Positions 37,851-47,314 of a stretch of 64,000 nt of DNA are shown in pieces. The translations under genes and the position numbers were made by a program. Source of the DNA: an uncultured Bacteroidales bacterium (lineage in GTDB: Bacteria > Bacteroidota > Bacteroidia > Bacteroidales > UBA1402); NCBI GenBank assembly GCA_964575345.1, contig CAZNQD010000003.1, forward strand, positions 11,310 to 75,309, written 5' to 3'. A model generated the notes under the pieces. That model saw only the letters and a list, made by a program, of their open reading frames with translations, searched no databases and was not told the DNA's origin. Position 1 is the first letter of the stretch, and each line of letters begins with the position of its first letter.

Positions 37851-39656
37851 TTATTCTGCATTAAACATCCACTCCTTGTAATTTTCGTTGCCACACTTAT
37901 CTTTGAGATAAATCTGGAGAAGGTTGTCCACAGGCAACAAATCAATCTGCTTATCTTTAAGATCGGCAGTCAGGGTATTGGTTTTGTAATCGTATTCAAA
38001 CAAAACCCACTTAGCGTTGATAATACAGCGGTAAGTATCTAAACCTGATTCATCGTCACGAACAAGTATGCGAATTAAAGAATTTTTTTGATTCTTTTCA
38101 AGCTGAGGGATAAAAATTTTTGGGGGCAGGCTGTCGCTCAATACGGTATAACTCCCAAAGTTAAGAATCTTTCCTTCCATAAAACCTTTTGCATATGTTG
38201 CTTCTATATATTCGGTCTTATTATCGGGTAATATTCCGGCCAGATAATAGCGATCCTTTTCCATTAAGGTGTCTTCATTAATCTTTATACGGATAAATGC
38301 CGCTTTATGAAGCGGGACAGTGGGATGGTGAATTTTGTGTATGCCTGTGTATAAAAGATGATTTCTGAGCCCTGGATTCGTAACATTCTTCGGAGGTATA
38401 TAATCATACACGAAGGCCAGCTTATTGTAAAACGAAGCTGCCGGAAACTCCAGATAAACATCTTTGGAAGCATAGGTATTTTTATAAGCCGGATAAAAAA
38501 ATAAAGCTGTGGTGTCTTCCTGAGGAATAGTTAATTGCTTAGCCTGCAATTGAAAGCGATATTCGGATTTATTGCCAGAAACATCGTATAATTCGTATAG
38601 AAAATCGTATCCCCGCTCTTGGTTTACATCAATATAGCCATTGTTAATCCTGACGGGATAAATATCCAGGTTATTGAAAGGCTCCACAAAAGATTTCATA
38701 ATCCAGGAGCGGTTTTGCACCCACTCTCCGTAATCAACCAAGGCATTCAGGTAACGGCTTTCGTCGAAAGAAAAACGGCTGATGTCCTGCTGAAATATTT
38801 CTTCTCCGTTCAGGTATAAGCGGATCCGGCTCAAACCATACAAATTGTTGGTGCCGTTCATGTAATTATAGGCCTTAATACCCAAGCCTATTTTGCCCCA
38901 GACTAAGGGCAGTTTGCTATTCAGGCCGCTTGTCCCTTCCTGTCCAATCTGTATTATTTCTTTTGCACACAGCCGTCCGTCCCGGTTTAGCAAGACTCCC
39001 TGCCCGTCAAAAGCATAGATTGCCAGGGCCAACATTTTTGGAGGGCTGGTATCTCTGATGCGATCTCTGTACCAAAACAGGGGATCTACAGGCTCTTCAG
39101 ACTCCGTATGACGAATTTCAAAATGTAAATGAGGGGCAACTGAACTGCCGCTGTTACCGCTATATCCTATCAACTCTCCGCGTTCTACGGGTATTTGCCC
39201 GTCAGAGAATATCAGATTTTGCTCGTATGACTCAGCGGCATATTGCGCCGTTTTTATTATCGAATCAAGCTTTGGGGAAAAAGAACTTAAATGCCCGTAA
39301 ACACTGGTATATCCATTGGGGTGATCAAGATAAAGCGCTTTCCCGAATCCTTTTACACCTACGCTGATGCGCGAAACGTAAGCCGGAGCTATAGCGTATA
39401 CAGGTTTATCAACCACACCCTGGGTTTTGAAATCCAGGCCTGAATGAAAGTGATCCCTGCGTAATTCACCGAAATTGGCACTGAGGTAAGGGGGAATTCG
39501 TAAGGGCAAATCGAAATAAGAAGGTGAAATGCTGTCCTGCAACCTGTATGTATGGACAAAAAAAACGTCTTTTTCCAACAAAACAGCCTTTTCTTTTTGT
39601 GCATTAAGAATAAAAGCAAAACAAGCCGACAATACTAACAATGCAAGCTGCTTCAT
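37851..39656 (-). CDS. M23-family metallopeptidase
   Basis: Start at the ATG (MKQLALLV); the listed 39662 start is GTG. Signal peptide. HSGLDF and SVAPHLHFEI zinc motifs. Confidence 0.82.
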   Translation of the reverse strand: MKQLALLVLSACFAFILNAQKEKAVLLEKDVFFVHTYRLQDSISPSYFDLPLRIPPYLSANFGELRRDHFHSGLDFKTQGVVDKPVYAIAPAYVSRISVGVKGFGKALYLDHPNGYTSVYGHLSSFSPKLDSIIKTAQYAAESYEQNLIFSDGQIPVERGELIGYSGNSGSSVAPHLHFEIRHTESEEPVDPLFWYRDRIRDTSPPKMLALAIYAFDGQGVLLNRDGRLCAKEIIQIGQEGTSGLNSKLPLVWGKIGLGIKAYNYMNGTNNLYGLSRIRLYLNGEEIFQQDISRFSFDESRYLNALVDYGEWVQNRSWIMKSFVEPFNNLDIYPVRINNGYIDVNQERGYDFLYELYDVSGNKSEYRFQLQAKQLTIPQEDTTALFFYPAYKNTYASKDVYLEFPAASFYNKLAFVYDYIPPKNVTNPGLRNHLLYTGIHKIHHPTVPLHKAAFIRIKINEDTLMEKDRYYLAGILPDNKTEYIEATYAKGFMEGKILNFGSYTVLSDSLPPKIFIPQLEKNQKNSLIRILVRDDESGLDTYRCIINAKWVLFEYDYKTNTLTADLKDKQIDLLPVDNLLQIYLKDKCGNENYKEWMFNAE

Positions 39657-39658
39657 CC

Positions 39659-40012
39659 TCACTTAATCAGTCTGTTGGTCGCAGTGTCAGGAAAAATGAT
39701 ACGAGGTTCAAATGTGCTTGCCTCCTGCGCATCCATCAAAGCATACGACAGTATAATCACAACGTCGCCGGGTAAAGCCCTGCGAGCTGCGGCCCCGTTA
39801 AGACAAATAACGCCGGAACCTCTCTTTCCCTTGATAACATAAGTTTCAAAACGTTCTCCGTTATTGTTGTTCAATACCGTTACCTTTTCGTTGGGAATAA
39901 GGTTGGCAGCCTCAATCAGTTCTTCATCGATAGTGATGCTACCGATGTAATCCAGGTTGGCTTCTGTCACATGAACCCTGTGAATTTTTGATTTTAGGAC
40001 CTCAATCAGCAT
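39659..40012 (-). CDS. panD: aspartate 1-decarboxylase
   Basis: 117 aa. [23 protein letters not shown] with the self-processing G-S site. Confidence 0.93.
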   Translation of the reverse strand: MLIEVLKSKIHRVHVTEANLDYIGSITIDEELIEAANLIPNEKVTVLNNNNGERFETYVIKGKRGSGVICLNGAAARRALPGDVVIILSYALMDAQEASTFEPRIIFPDTATNRLIK

Positions 40013-40859
40013 TTTTATATTCTATGTTATCTATTAAACGCACAGACCCGCAATATACCGCAATACATCCAACCACGCGGGCAGACTCCGCCCATTCGTG
40101 TATGCTTTGCAAAGTGGTTCCGTTAACAATTTCAAAATAATCCAGGCGAAGCATCGGTTCGGCATTGATTCCATTTACTACAAACTCCCTAATCTCTGCC
40201 GGCCTTTTCTTCGAAACAAAGGTAAGGCTTTCAAATAAATATTTAGATATAAGGGCTGCTTTTTCTTTTTGCTCCGCCGTTAAAAGCTCATTGCGGCTGC
40301 TCATGGCTAATCCGCTCTTTTCCCGCACTATGGGACAGGCTACGATTTGAACCTTCATGCCCAGTTGTTCAACCAATTTACGCACTATGGCTAATTGTTG
40401 AAAATCTTTTTGCCCGAAATAGGCCTTATCGGGTTGCACTGCTTCAAAAAGCTTGCTTACAATCTGAGCAACTCCGTTGAAATGCCCTTTTCTATACACA
40501 CCTTCCATCACCTCTTCGAGCAGGCCGAAATTAAAAAGGCGGGTATCTTCTTCAGGGTACATTTCCTGCTCATCCGGCATAAATAAGAGGTTACAACCGG
40601 CTTTTTGCAACTTGGCAGCATCTTTTTCGGGTTGTCTGGGGTATTTGATTAAATCCTTTTTATCATTAAACTGTGTAGGATTTACAAAAACACTGCAAAC
40701 ACAAAAATCATTCTCATGAACACAACGTTCTATCAGGGAAATATGCCCCTGATGTAAAGCACCCATTGTGGGAACGAACCCCAGGCTACGGCCTTTGCTG
40801 CGTTCGACATCTAAAATTGCCCTTAGTTGACTTTTAGTTTTTACTACTTGCATAAACAT
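40002..40859 (-). CDS. panC: pantoate--beta-alanine ligase
   Basis: 285 aa. [13 protein letters not shown] (HIGH-like) and VFVNPTQF motifs. Overlaps panD by 11 nt. Confidence 0.93.
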   Translation of the reverse strand: MFMQVVKTKSQLRAILDVERSKGRSLGFVPTMGALHQGHISLIERCVHENDFCVCSVFVNPTQFNDKKDLIKYPRQPEKDAAKLQKAGCNLLFMPDEQEMYPEEDTRLFNFGLLEEVMEGVYRKGHFNGVAQIVSKLFEAVQPDKAYFGQKDFQQLAIVRKLVEQLGMKVQIVACPIVREKSGLAMSSRNELLTAEQKEKAALISKYLFESLTFVSKKRPAEIREFVVNGINAEPMLRLDYFEIVNGTTLQSIHEWAESARVVGCIAVYCGSVRLIDNIEYKNAD

Positions 40860-40968
40860 CTGAAAATTTGCTGGATTTCTCCCTTAAAAGAGGGCGCAAA
40901 AAAACCAAATTTTTGCCATTAAAAAAAATAATACGCTCATTTCTTGCATATCTACCTGTTTTTTTTAG

Positions 40969-40976
40969 TATCTTTG
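40969..40976 (+). promoter_or_regulatory. -7 box TATCTTTG for the glgA-like/DUF4270 operon
   Basis: Motif match 31 nt before the ATG at 41007. Confidence 0.5.
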
Positions 40977-41006
40977 CACCTATATGTTCACAATCCTTTT
41001 GTTTTT

Positions 41007-41819
41007 ATGAAACCGGCGAAAGTACTGTTCATCTGTCAAGAAATTATGCCTTATGTTCCAGAAACGGAACTTTCGTCCATCTGCCGCCGTTTACCTCAGT
41101 CTATACAGGATAATGGCAGTGAAATCAGGACTTTTATGCCCAAATACGGCTGCATAAACGAGCGCAGAAACCAATTACACGAAGTAATCAGGTTATCTGG
41201 CATGAACCTGATTATCGACGACAACGATCATCCGCTTATTATCAAAGTAGCTTCCATTCAGGCAGCCCGTATGCAAGTTTATTTTATCGATAACGACGAT
41301 TTTTTTCAACGCAAAGCCCTGGTTTGTGATGAATCGGGCATAGATTATTTTGATAACGACGAGAGGTCGATTTTTTTTGTACGCGGAGTCATCGAAACAG
41401 TTCGAAAACTACGCTGGACACCCGATATTATACATTGTCACGGGTGGTTTTCGGCCCTGGCTCCCCTATACATCAAAAAAGCCTTCGACGATGATCCCTG
41501 CTTTAGGGATACTAAGGTAGTTTATTCTATTTACAACGATGCTTTTGATGAAAGCTTTCGGAAAGTGTTCAATCACAAACTTCTTGTACAGGGTATTGAA
41601 CAAGAAGATATCGCTGAGATAAAGAACAAAGCCGATTACCTGAACCTGTCAAAATTAGCCATTCGCCATGCTGACGGCATCATTCAGGCCAGCCACAAAA
41701 TCAGCAGCAAAGTAAAAAAAGCGGCGGAAGAATCGGGAAAACCCTTTATGATTGCCAATGAAAGTGAGGACTTCTCTGATTACAGCGAATTTTACGACCT
41801 TCTTTTAGAACAAGCTTAA
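41007..41819 (+). CDS. short GlgA-like protein (starch-synthase catalytic N-domain only, no KTGGL motif)
   Basis: 270 aa from the ATG, 31 nt after a TATCTTTG -7 box. Resembles the GT5 N-terminal Rossmann half (VLFICQEIMPYV, IIHCHGWFSAL). It has PETELSS where KTGGL is expected and no C-terminal GT-B half. Confidence 0.7.
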   Translation: MKPAKVLFICQEIMPYVPETELSSICRRLPQSIQDNGSEIRTFMPKYGCINERRNQLHEVIRLSGMNLIIDDNDHPLIIKVASIQAARMQVYFIDNDDFFQRKALVCDESGIDYFDNDERSIFFVRGVIETVRKLRWTPDIIHCHGWFSALAPLYIKKAFDDDPCFRDTKVVYSIYNDAFDESFRKVFNHKLLVQGIEQEDIAEIKNKADYLNLSKLAIRHADGIIQASHKISSKVKKAAEESGKPFMIANESEDFSDYSEFYDLLLEQA

Positions 41820-41820
41820 T

Positions 41821-43170
41821 ATGCCCAAGTATTTTATTCCCGGCGTGTTGATCACGCTGCTTTTTACAGCATTATCATGCACGGAAGGTCAAAACATCGG
41901 AGGCAGCATACAACCGCCCGGTGATGTTGTATCGACCGATACAGCCAGTTTCTTTTTAACTACAGAAACCGTAAAAGTCGATTCCATTCTTTACAAGAAC
42001 AGTGTAGCTCTTTTGGGCGAATTCACCGATGCTTTTTTCGGAACTACCAAAGCGGAGTTTTTGGCCCAGGTATATTGTCCCCTTAATTTTACCTTCGACG
42101 AAAGCATCCAGCGAATCGATTCTGCCTATTTGTATTTGTATTACAACGATTGGTTTGGCGATTCTCTCGCCTTGATGGAACTGAGCGTATACGAACTTAC
42201 AAAAGCCCTGGATCACACAAAGCCTTATTATACCAACATTAATACGGACAATTACTACGATAAATCGAAAAAGATAGGTTCGGTCAGCTATTCTACAGGA
42301 GAACCCTTTACCGATGTTGAGACATCAAGCGATTATTCCAGCATCCGGGTTAGTATTGATACCGCCTTTGCCCGGCGGATACTTCTGGAAAACAGGAATC
42401 ACCCGGATTTTTTTGCCAATCCAAGGATTTTTGCCGATTCAGTGCTTCACGGCATTGCTGTCAGCCCCAGTTTCGGTAACGGAAACCTTATGTATATTGA
42501 ACACGCCGAATTTGAATTCTGCTATCAATACAGCTACACCGATACAACAGGTGCAGTAAAAGATACTACCGGAGCAAGTTACTTTCCGGTAACCAAAGAA
42601 GTAAGGCAAATAAACAAGTATCAGCACCCCGATCTGGCGGGCTACCTGCCTTTGAACAGCGGTGACTCCCTGAATTATATTTTTTCACCCGCAGGCTTAT
42701 TTACCCGTATTGAATTGCCTGTTGAAGAAATTCTTTCCAGACTGGAAGGGAAAAATATCAACAGCGCCAGAATTAAAGCGGTGGTCACGAATCTTGACGA
42801 CAGCAAATGGGGGATGCTCCCGCCCGATAACCTCCTGCTCGTTAAAGAAGAAGACATACATGATTTTTTTGCCGGCTACAACAACGCCGATAAACTTTAC
42901 TCTTTTTTAGCGAACTACAACACCCGGGATGATCTTTTTTCTTTCGATTTGAGTTCTTTCATGCAAAAAACCGTACGCAACGACAGCACCTTTAGTCCCT
43001 ACAACAAATTGCTGATGGTTCCTGTAAGCAAGATAACACTGAACAGTGTATCAACAAGTACACTTTTTTTGGTTCAAAACATTTTGCCCAATGCAACCAA
43101 GGTTCGCAGTGCCACACATCCTCAAAAACCCATGAAACTTGAGATTGTTTACAGCAACAAACTTGAGTAA
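41821..43170 (+). CDS. DUF4270-like lipoprotein
   Basis: 449 aa, lipobox FTALSC. The ATG is 1 nt after the glgA-like stop. The family name is from memory of the conserved synteny. Confidence 0.6.
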   Translation: MPKYFIPGVLITLLFTALSCTEGQNIGGSIQPPGDVVSTDTASFFLTTETVKVDSILYKNSVALLGEFTDAFFGTTKAEFLAQVYCPLNFTFDESIQRIDSAYLYLYYNDWFGDSLALMELSVYELTKALDHTKPYYTNINTDNYYDKSKKIGSVSYSTGEPFTDVETSSDYSSIRVSIDTAFARRILLENRNHPDFFANPRIFADSVLHGIAVSPSFGNGNLMYIEHAEFEFCYQYSYTDTTGAVKDTTGASYFPVTKEVRQINKYQHPDLAGYLPLNSGDSLNYIFSPAGLFTRIELPVEEILSRLEGKNINSARIKAVVTNLDDSKWGMLPPDNLLLVKEEDIHDFFAGYNNADKLYSFLANYNTRDDLFSFDLSSFMQKTVRNDSTFSPYNKLLMVPVSKITLNSVSTSTLFLVQNILPNATKVRSATHPQKPMKLEIVYSNKLE

Positions 43171-43172
43171 AA

Positions 43173-43640
43173 TTACAGCTTGAAGGATAAAGGCAATAAA
43201 CTGGCAGCCGATTCTGCCACAGCCACTTCTTTTTCTCCATAGAGCAGCAGCCTGATGGCTGTATTTTGTCGCTGCTCGCTTTCAAGTAAAACCTGCCTGC
43301 AACTTCCGCAGGGAGTAATTGGGTCTTTAGTAAAAATCCCCCCCCTATTGGCCGTTACGGCCAAACTAAGAACCCTGTTTTGAGGATATGTCGCATTAGC
43401 ATAAAACAGCACCACACGTTCAGCACAAAGTCCCGAAGGATAAGCGGCATTCTCCTGATTACCGGCCGTTAGGATTTTCCCGTTGTCGAGCAACACAGCC
43501 GAGCCCACTTTAAATCCCGAATAAGGTGCATAGGCCTCTAAACCGGCCTTTTTTGCAGCATTTATCAATTCTTTTTCCTGCTTGCTTAATTCATCAAAAG
43601 AACAATATGTTATATTTGTCCTTATTTCCTTTTTGTACAT
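43173..43640 (-). CDS. cdd: cytidine deaminase
   Basis: 155 aa. CAERVVLF and PCGSCRQVL zinc-binding motifs. Confidence 0.9.
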   Translation of the reverse strand: MYKKEIRTNITYCSFDELSKQEKELINAAKKAGLEAYAPYSGFKVGSAVLLDNGKILTAGNQENAAYPSGLCAERVVLFYANATYPQNRVLSLAVTANRGGIFTKDPITPCGSCRQVLLESEQRQNTAIRLLLYGEKEVAVAESAASLLPLSFKL

Positions 43641-43682
43641 CTGAGCTGATTTTTACGTCTTCAGCACAAAAATACCATTTCT

Positions 43683-44849
43683 ATGAGCAGATACGCATTT
43701 TTAGCCCTATTTATTTTAGGCTTTATTTATTTCCCCCTACAGGCACAAGAGCGCTTAAAACCTTACGAAGACTATATCCGAAAGTACACCCCGCTGGCCA
43801 TGACACAACAAGTCGTATACGGCATACCTGCCAGTATAACTCTTGCACAGGGCCTCCTGGAATCGGGTGCAGGCAACAGCAGTCTGGCAAAAAACAGCAA
43901 TAATCACTTTGGGATAAAATGCCACGACGACTGGACAGGAAAAACCTATTCCCATTTTGATGACGGAGAAATGAGTTGCTTTAGACAATATTCCAAGGTA
44001 GAAGAATCTTACAAAGACCATTCCATATTTTTAAGCGAAAAGGAGCGTTACGCATCTTTGTTTGAATTGAATGTAAAAAACTACAAAGCCTGGGCCAAAG
44101 GCTTAAAAAAAGCAGGTTATGCCACCGATCGCCAATACGATAAGAAACTTATAAAAATCATTGAACAATACGATCTGGACAAAATAGACAAACTGGCACT
44201 CAACAAAAGCCGGGCAAAAAAGATTATCCGAAACTGGGAAAAAGAATATCCCGAAGAAACCGCAACGGCCCAAAAACCCTCGGGTGAAACTGAGTCAGGT
44301 GCTATAGCTCAAAAGGAAAAATCACCAAGAGTTGTAAAAACCGGCAAAAAACAAGAACCCGCAGCCCGCAAAGAAATCCAGCTTGCCGAAAAAGCCAAAG
44401 ATTACAGCTACATTGCCGAAACCAGCAGAGAAGAACAAATTCAGCGCAACGAGCGCAACGAACGCACCGACAACCTGCCCCACGTTATTAACGCCGTACA
44501 AAGCCATACAATTTTATATAAGGGCATAACACCTTATATTATAGCACAATACGGAGATAATTTTGACAATATTTCCGATGAATTCGGCTTAAGCCCTCAA
44601 CGTTTAAAAAAATGGAATGAATGGCCTCCCAGGTATAAAATTTCGGTAGGAGATGTTATCTTCCTGAGCAAAAAAGCCCAGTCCTGGGATGGCGAAGAAA
44701 GCGTCTATGTAGTACGTGAAGGGGACAGCATGCATAGTATTTCACAACAATTCGGACTTCGGGTAAGCGCAGTCTACCAGTTGAATGACATGGAATTTGG
44801 CGAAGGTCTCGAGGTAGGTCAGGAATTAAAATTGAAGGCTCAGGAATAA
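43683..44849 (+). CDS. N-acetylglucosaminidase-domain protein with two C-terminal LysM domains
   Basis: 388 aa, signal peptide. Glucosaminidase motif AQGLLESGAGNSSLAKNSNNHFGIKC. LysM repeats (YKGITPYIIAQYGDNFDNISDEFG and YVVREGDSMHSISQQFG). Confidence 0.82.
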   Translation: MSRYAFLALFILGFIYFPLQAQERLKPYEDYIRKYTPLAMTQQVVYGIPASITLAQGLLESGAGNSSLAKNSNNHFGIKCHDDWTGKTYSHFDDGEMSCFRQYSKVEESYKDHSIFLSEKERYASLFELNVKNYKAWAKGLKKAGYATDRQYDKKLIKIIEQYDLDKIDKLALNKSRAKKIIRNWEKEYPEETATAQKPSGETESGAIAQKEKSPRVVKTGKKQEPAARKEIQLAEKAKDYSYIAETSREEQIQRNERNERTDNLPHVINAVQSHTILYKGITPYIIAQYGDNFDNISDEFGLSPQRLKKWNEWPPRYKISVGDVIFLSKKAQSWDGEESVYVVREGDSMHSISQQFGLRVSAVYQLNDMEFGEGLEVGQELKLKAQE

Positions 44850-44869
44850 AAAAATAGCAAAGCTTTTTA

Positions 44870-44877
44870 TACCTTTG
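44870..44877 (+). promoter_or_regulatory. -7 box TACCTTTG for guaA
   Basis: Motif match 29 nt before the ATG at 44906. Confidence 0.5.
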
Positions 44878-44905
44878 CACCCCAAACTATTATCAATTCC
44901 CCACT

Positions 44906-46426
44906 ATGCAAGAAAAAATTGTCGTACTCGATTTCGGTTCCCAGACCACTCAGCTCATTGCCAGACGCATCAGAGAGCTAAGCACCTTTTGTGAAATCTA
45001 TCCTTACAACAAATTTCCCGAAAATACCGACGGTATCAAAGGGGTAATCCTGTCGGGCAGCCCCTTTTCTGTTTACGACAAAAACGCCTTTGACTTTGAT
45101 TTAAATTTACTGAGAAAAAAATTCCCTCTGCTGGGCATATGTTACGGAGCACAATTGATTGTCCACAAAGCCGGCGGTAAAGTGGAAGCCTCCGGAAGCA
45201 GAGAATACGGGAGGGCCTTTTTTGAATCAGTCAACACCAACGACCTCTTGTTCAAGGGACTCAATCCCCTGGCTCCTGTCTGGATGTCGCATGGGGACAG
45301 CATCACTAAACTGCCCGTTGAATTTGAAAAAATCGCTCTGACCACAGACATTCCGGTGGCAGCGTTCAAAGTTCAGGGAGAAGCCACCTGGGGTGTTCAA
45401 TTTCACCCCGAAGTATTCCATACGGAAGAAGGCAGCAAAATTCTGGGCAACTTTCTGGATCTTTGTACCTGCACCCGCAATTGGACACCGGCTTCGTTTA
45501 TCGAATCAACGGTGGCTCAATTGAAAGAAACTCTGGGAAAAGATAAAGTAGTCTTAGGCTTGTCCGGCGGGGTGGATTCCTCTGTTACTGCCTTGCTGCT
45601 AAACAAAGCCATTGGCAAAAATCTTACCTGCATCTTTGTAGACCACGGACTTTTACGCAAATACGAATTTGAAACAGTACTGAAGGATTATGAGTCATTC
45701 GGATTGAACGTGATTGGTGTAGAAGCCAAAGAAAAATTCTATCGCGAACTGGCAGGTGTCAGCGATCCCGAGAAAAAAAGGAAAATCATTGGTAAAGGAT
45801 TTATCGATGTTTTTGACGAAGAAGCCAAAAAGCTGGACAACATTAAATGGTTAGGACAAGGCACCATTTATCCGGATATTATTGAATCATTGTCCATTAC
45901 CGGAACGACCATAAAAAGCCATCACAATGTAGGCGGACTGCCGGCAGTAATGAATCTTAAACTGGTTGAACCCTTGAAGCTACTGTTCAAGGATGAAGTA
46001 CGCCGTGTTGGCGCCGCTTTGGGCATGCCTGAGCGATTTATCCACAGACATCCTTTCCCCGGGCCCGGACTGGGTGTCCGCATTTTGGGTGACATTACAC
46101 CCGAAAAAGTGCGTATCCTGCAAGATGCTGATCATATTTTTATATCCCTGCTACGCGAATGGGGACTCTACGATAAGGTCTGGCAGGCATTGACTATCTT
46201 GCTTCCTGTCAGGTCTGTAGGTGTTATGGGCGACGAACGCACCTACGAAAACGCCGTTGTTTTGCGGGCTGTTACCTCGACCGACGCCATGACGGCAGAT
46301 TGGGCTCAACTGCCCTATGACTTTTTGGCCAAAGTATCCAACGATATCATAAACAAAGTGAAAGGCGTTAACCGGGTTGCCTACGATATCAGCTCTAAAC
46401 CACCCGCCACCATAGAGTGGGAATAA
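44906..46426 (+). CDS. guaA: GMP synthase (glutamine-hydrolysing)
   Basis: 506 aa. GATase Cys (GICYGAQ), PP-loop [11 protein letters not shown]-terminal PPATIEWE. Confidence 0.95.
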   Translation: MQEKIVVLDFGSQTTQLIARRIRELSTFCEIYPYNKFPENTDGIKGVILSGSPFSVYDKNAFDFDLNLLRKKFPLLGICYGAQLIVHKAGGKVEASGSREYGRAFFESVNTNDLLFKGLNPLAPVWMSHGDSITKLPVEFEKIALTTDIPVAAFKVQGEATWGVQFHPEVFHTEEGSKILGNFLDLCTCTRNWTPASFIESTVAQLKETLGKDKVVLGLSGGVDSSVTALLLNKAIGKNLTCIFVDHGLLRKYEFETVLKDYESFGLNVIGVEAKEKFYRELAGVSDPEKKRKIIGKGFIDVFDEEAKKLDNIKWLGQGTIYPDIIESLSITGTTIKSHHNVGGLPAVMNLKLVEPLKLLFKDEVRRVGAALGMPERFIHRHPFPGPGLGVRILGDITPEKVRILQDADHIFISLLREWGLYDKVWQALTILLPVRSVGVMGDERTYENAVVLRAVTSTDAMTADWAQLPYDFLAKVSNDIINKVKGVNRVAYDISSKPPATIEWE

Positions 46427-46430
46427 AGCC

Positions 46431-47261
46431 TTAGGGATTTGTATTGATTAAGCCACCGCTGCCGTTACCTGTCATCGTTATCCTGGGATAGCCCTGGTAA
46501 TAAATATTGCCGCTGCCATTAACCAAGATGTTCAGTTCGCTGCTCACATTTATATAGGCGCAACCGGAGCCGTTGATGCGAATATCATACTTTCGGGTTA
46601 ACATATCATAGGCTGACAACTTCCCGGCACCGGCTATACGTAGATCAACATAATCGCATTGGCCGCCCAGATTGATGTCACCTGAACCGTCAACATCAAT
46701 ATCCAACTTTTCTGTTATGATACTATCGATGGTACAAATTCCGCTACCGTCAATATCAATATTGGTTTGTCCGGATTTTATATACGGCGCCTTAATTTTT
46801 CCGGAACCGGAAATGTCCATTGTAAGGTTCTCACATTCAACAGAGTCGTTGTAAATGATTTCTCCGGAACCTGATAAGGATAAGGTGAGATTGTCGGAAT
46901 GTAATTCATCAACAACAATTTTACCTGATCCGCTGAGTTCCGCAAATTTAAGCAAGGGAGTGGATGCGTAAACTTTGATTGGCTCATTATTGGCTATCAA
47001 TACATTGTTCTTGTTATCTACAACCAGCTTATTCCTTACAAATTTTGTAACTATGTATTGCAGTATGTTTGATTCACACTCTACTTCCACTTTGCTACTA
47101 TCAGCATAATATAAGTACAATTCAAATTCCCCTCTTGCATCCACTTCATTAAAAGAACTACTGGGACGCATTGCTTTAACAATAATGTGGTCCCCCTCAA
47201 TTCGGGTACATGAGCATATCATGCCCATAGTAAAAATGATCGCGCATAAATACCTTAACAT
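46431..47261 (-). CDS. DUF2807 / head-GIN-domain lipoprotein
   Basis: 276 aa, lipobox MICSC, repeated GSG(D/E/K)I beta-solenoid-like rungs. Confidence 0.65.
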   Translation of the reverse strand: MLRYLCAIIFTMGMICSCTRIEGDHIIVKAMRPSSSFNEVDARGEFELYLYYADSSKVEVECESNILQYIVTKFVRNKLVVDNKNNVLIANNEPIKVYASTPLLKFAELSGSGKIVVDELHSDNLTLSLSGSGEIIYNDSVECENLTMDISGSGKIKAPYIKSGQTNIDIDGSGICTIDSIITEKLDIDVDGSGDINLGGQCDYVDLRIAGAGKLSAYDMLTRKYDIRINGSGCAYINVSSELNILVNGSGNIYYQGYPRITMTGNGSGGLINTNP

Positions 47262-47314
47262 AGGACTTTTAGATAAAAAATTAAACCTTGTCTCACAGCA
47301 AATTTGCCCAGGCC

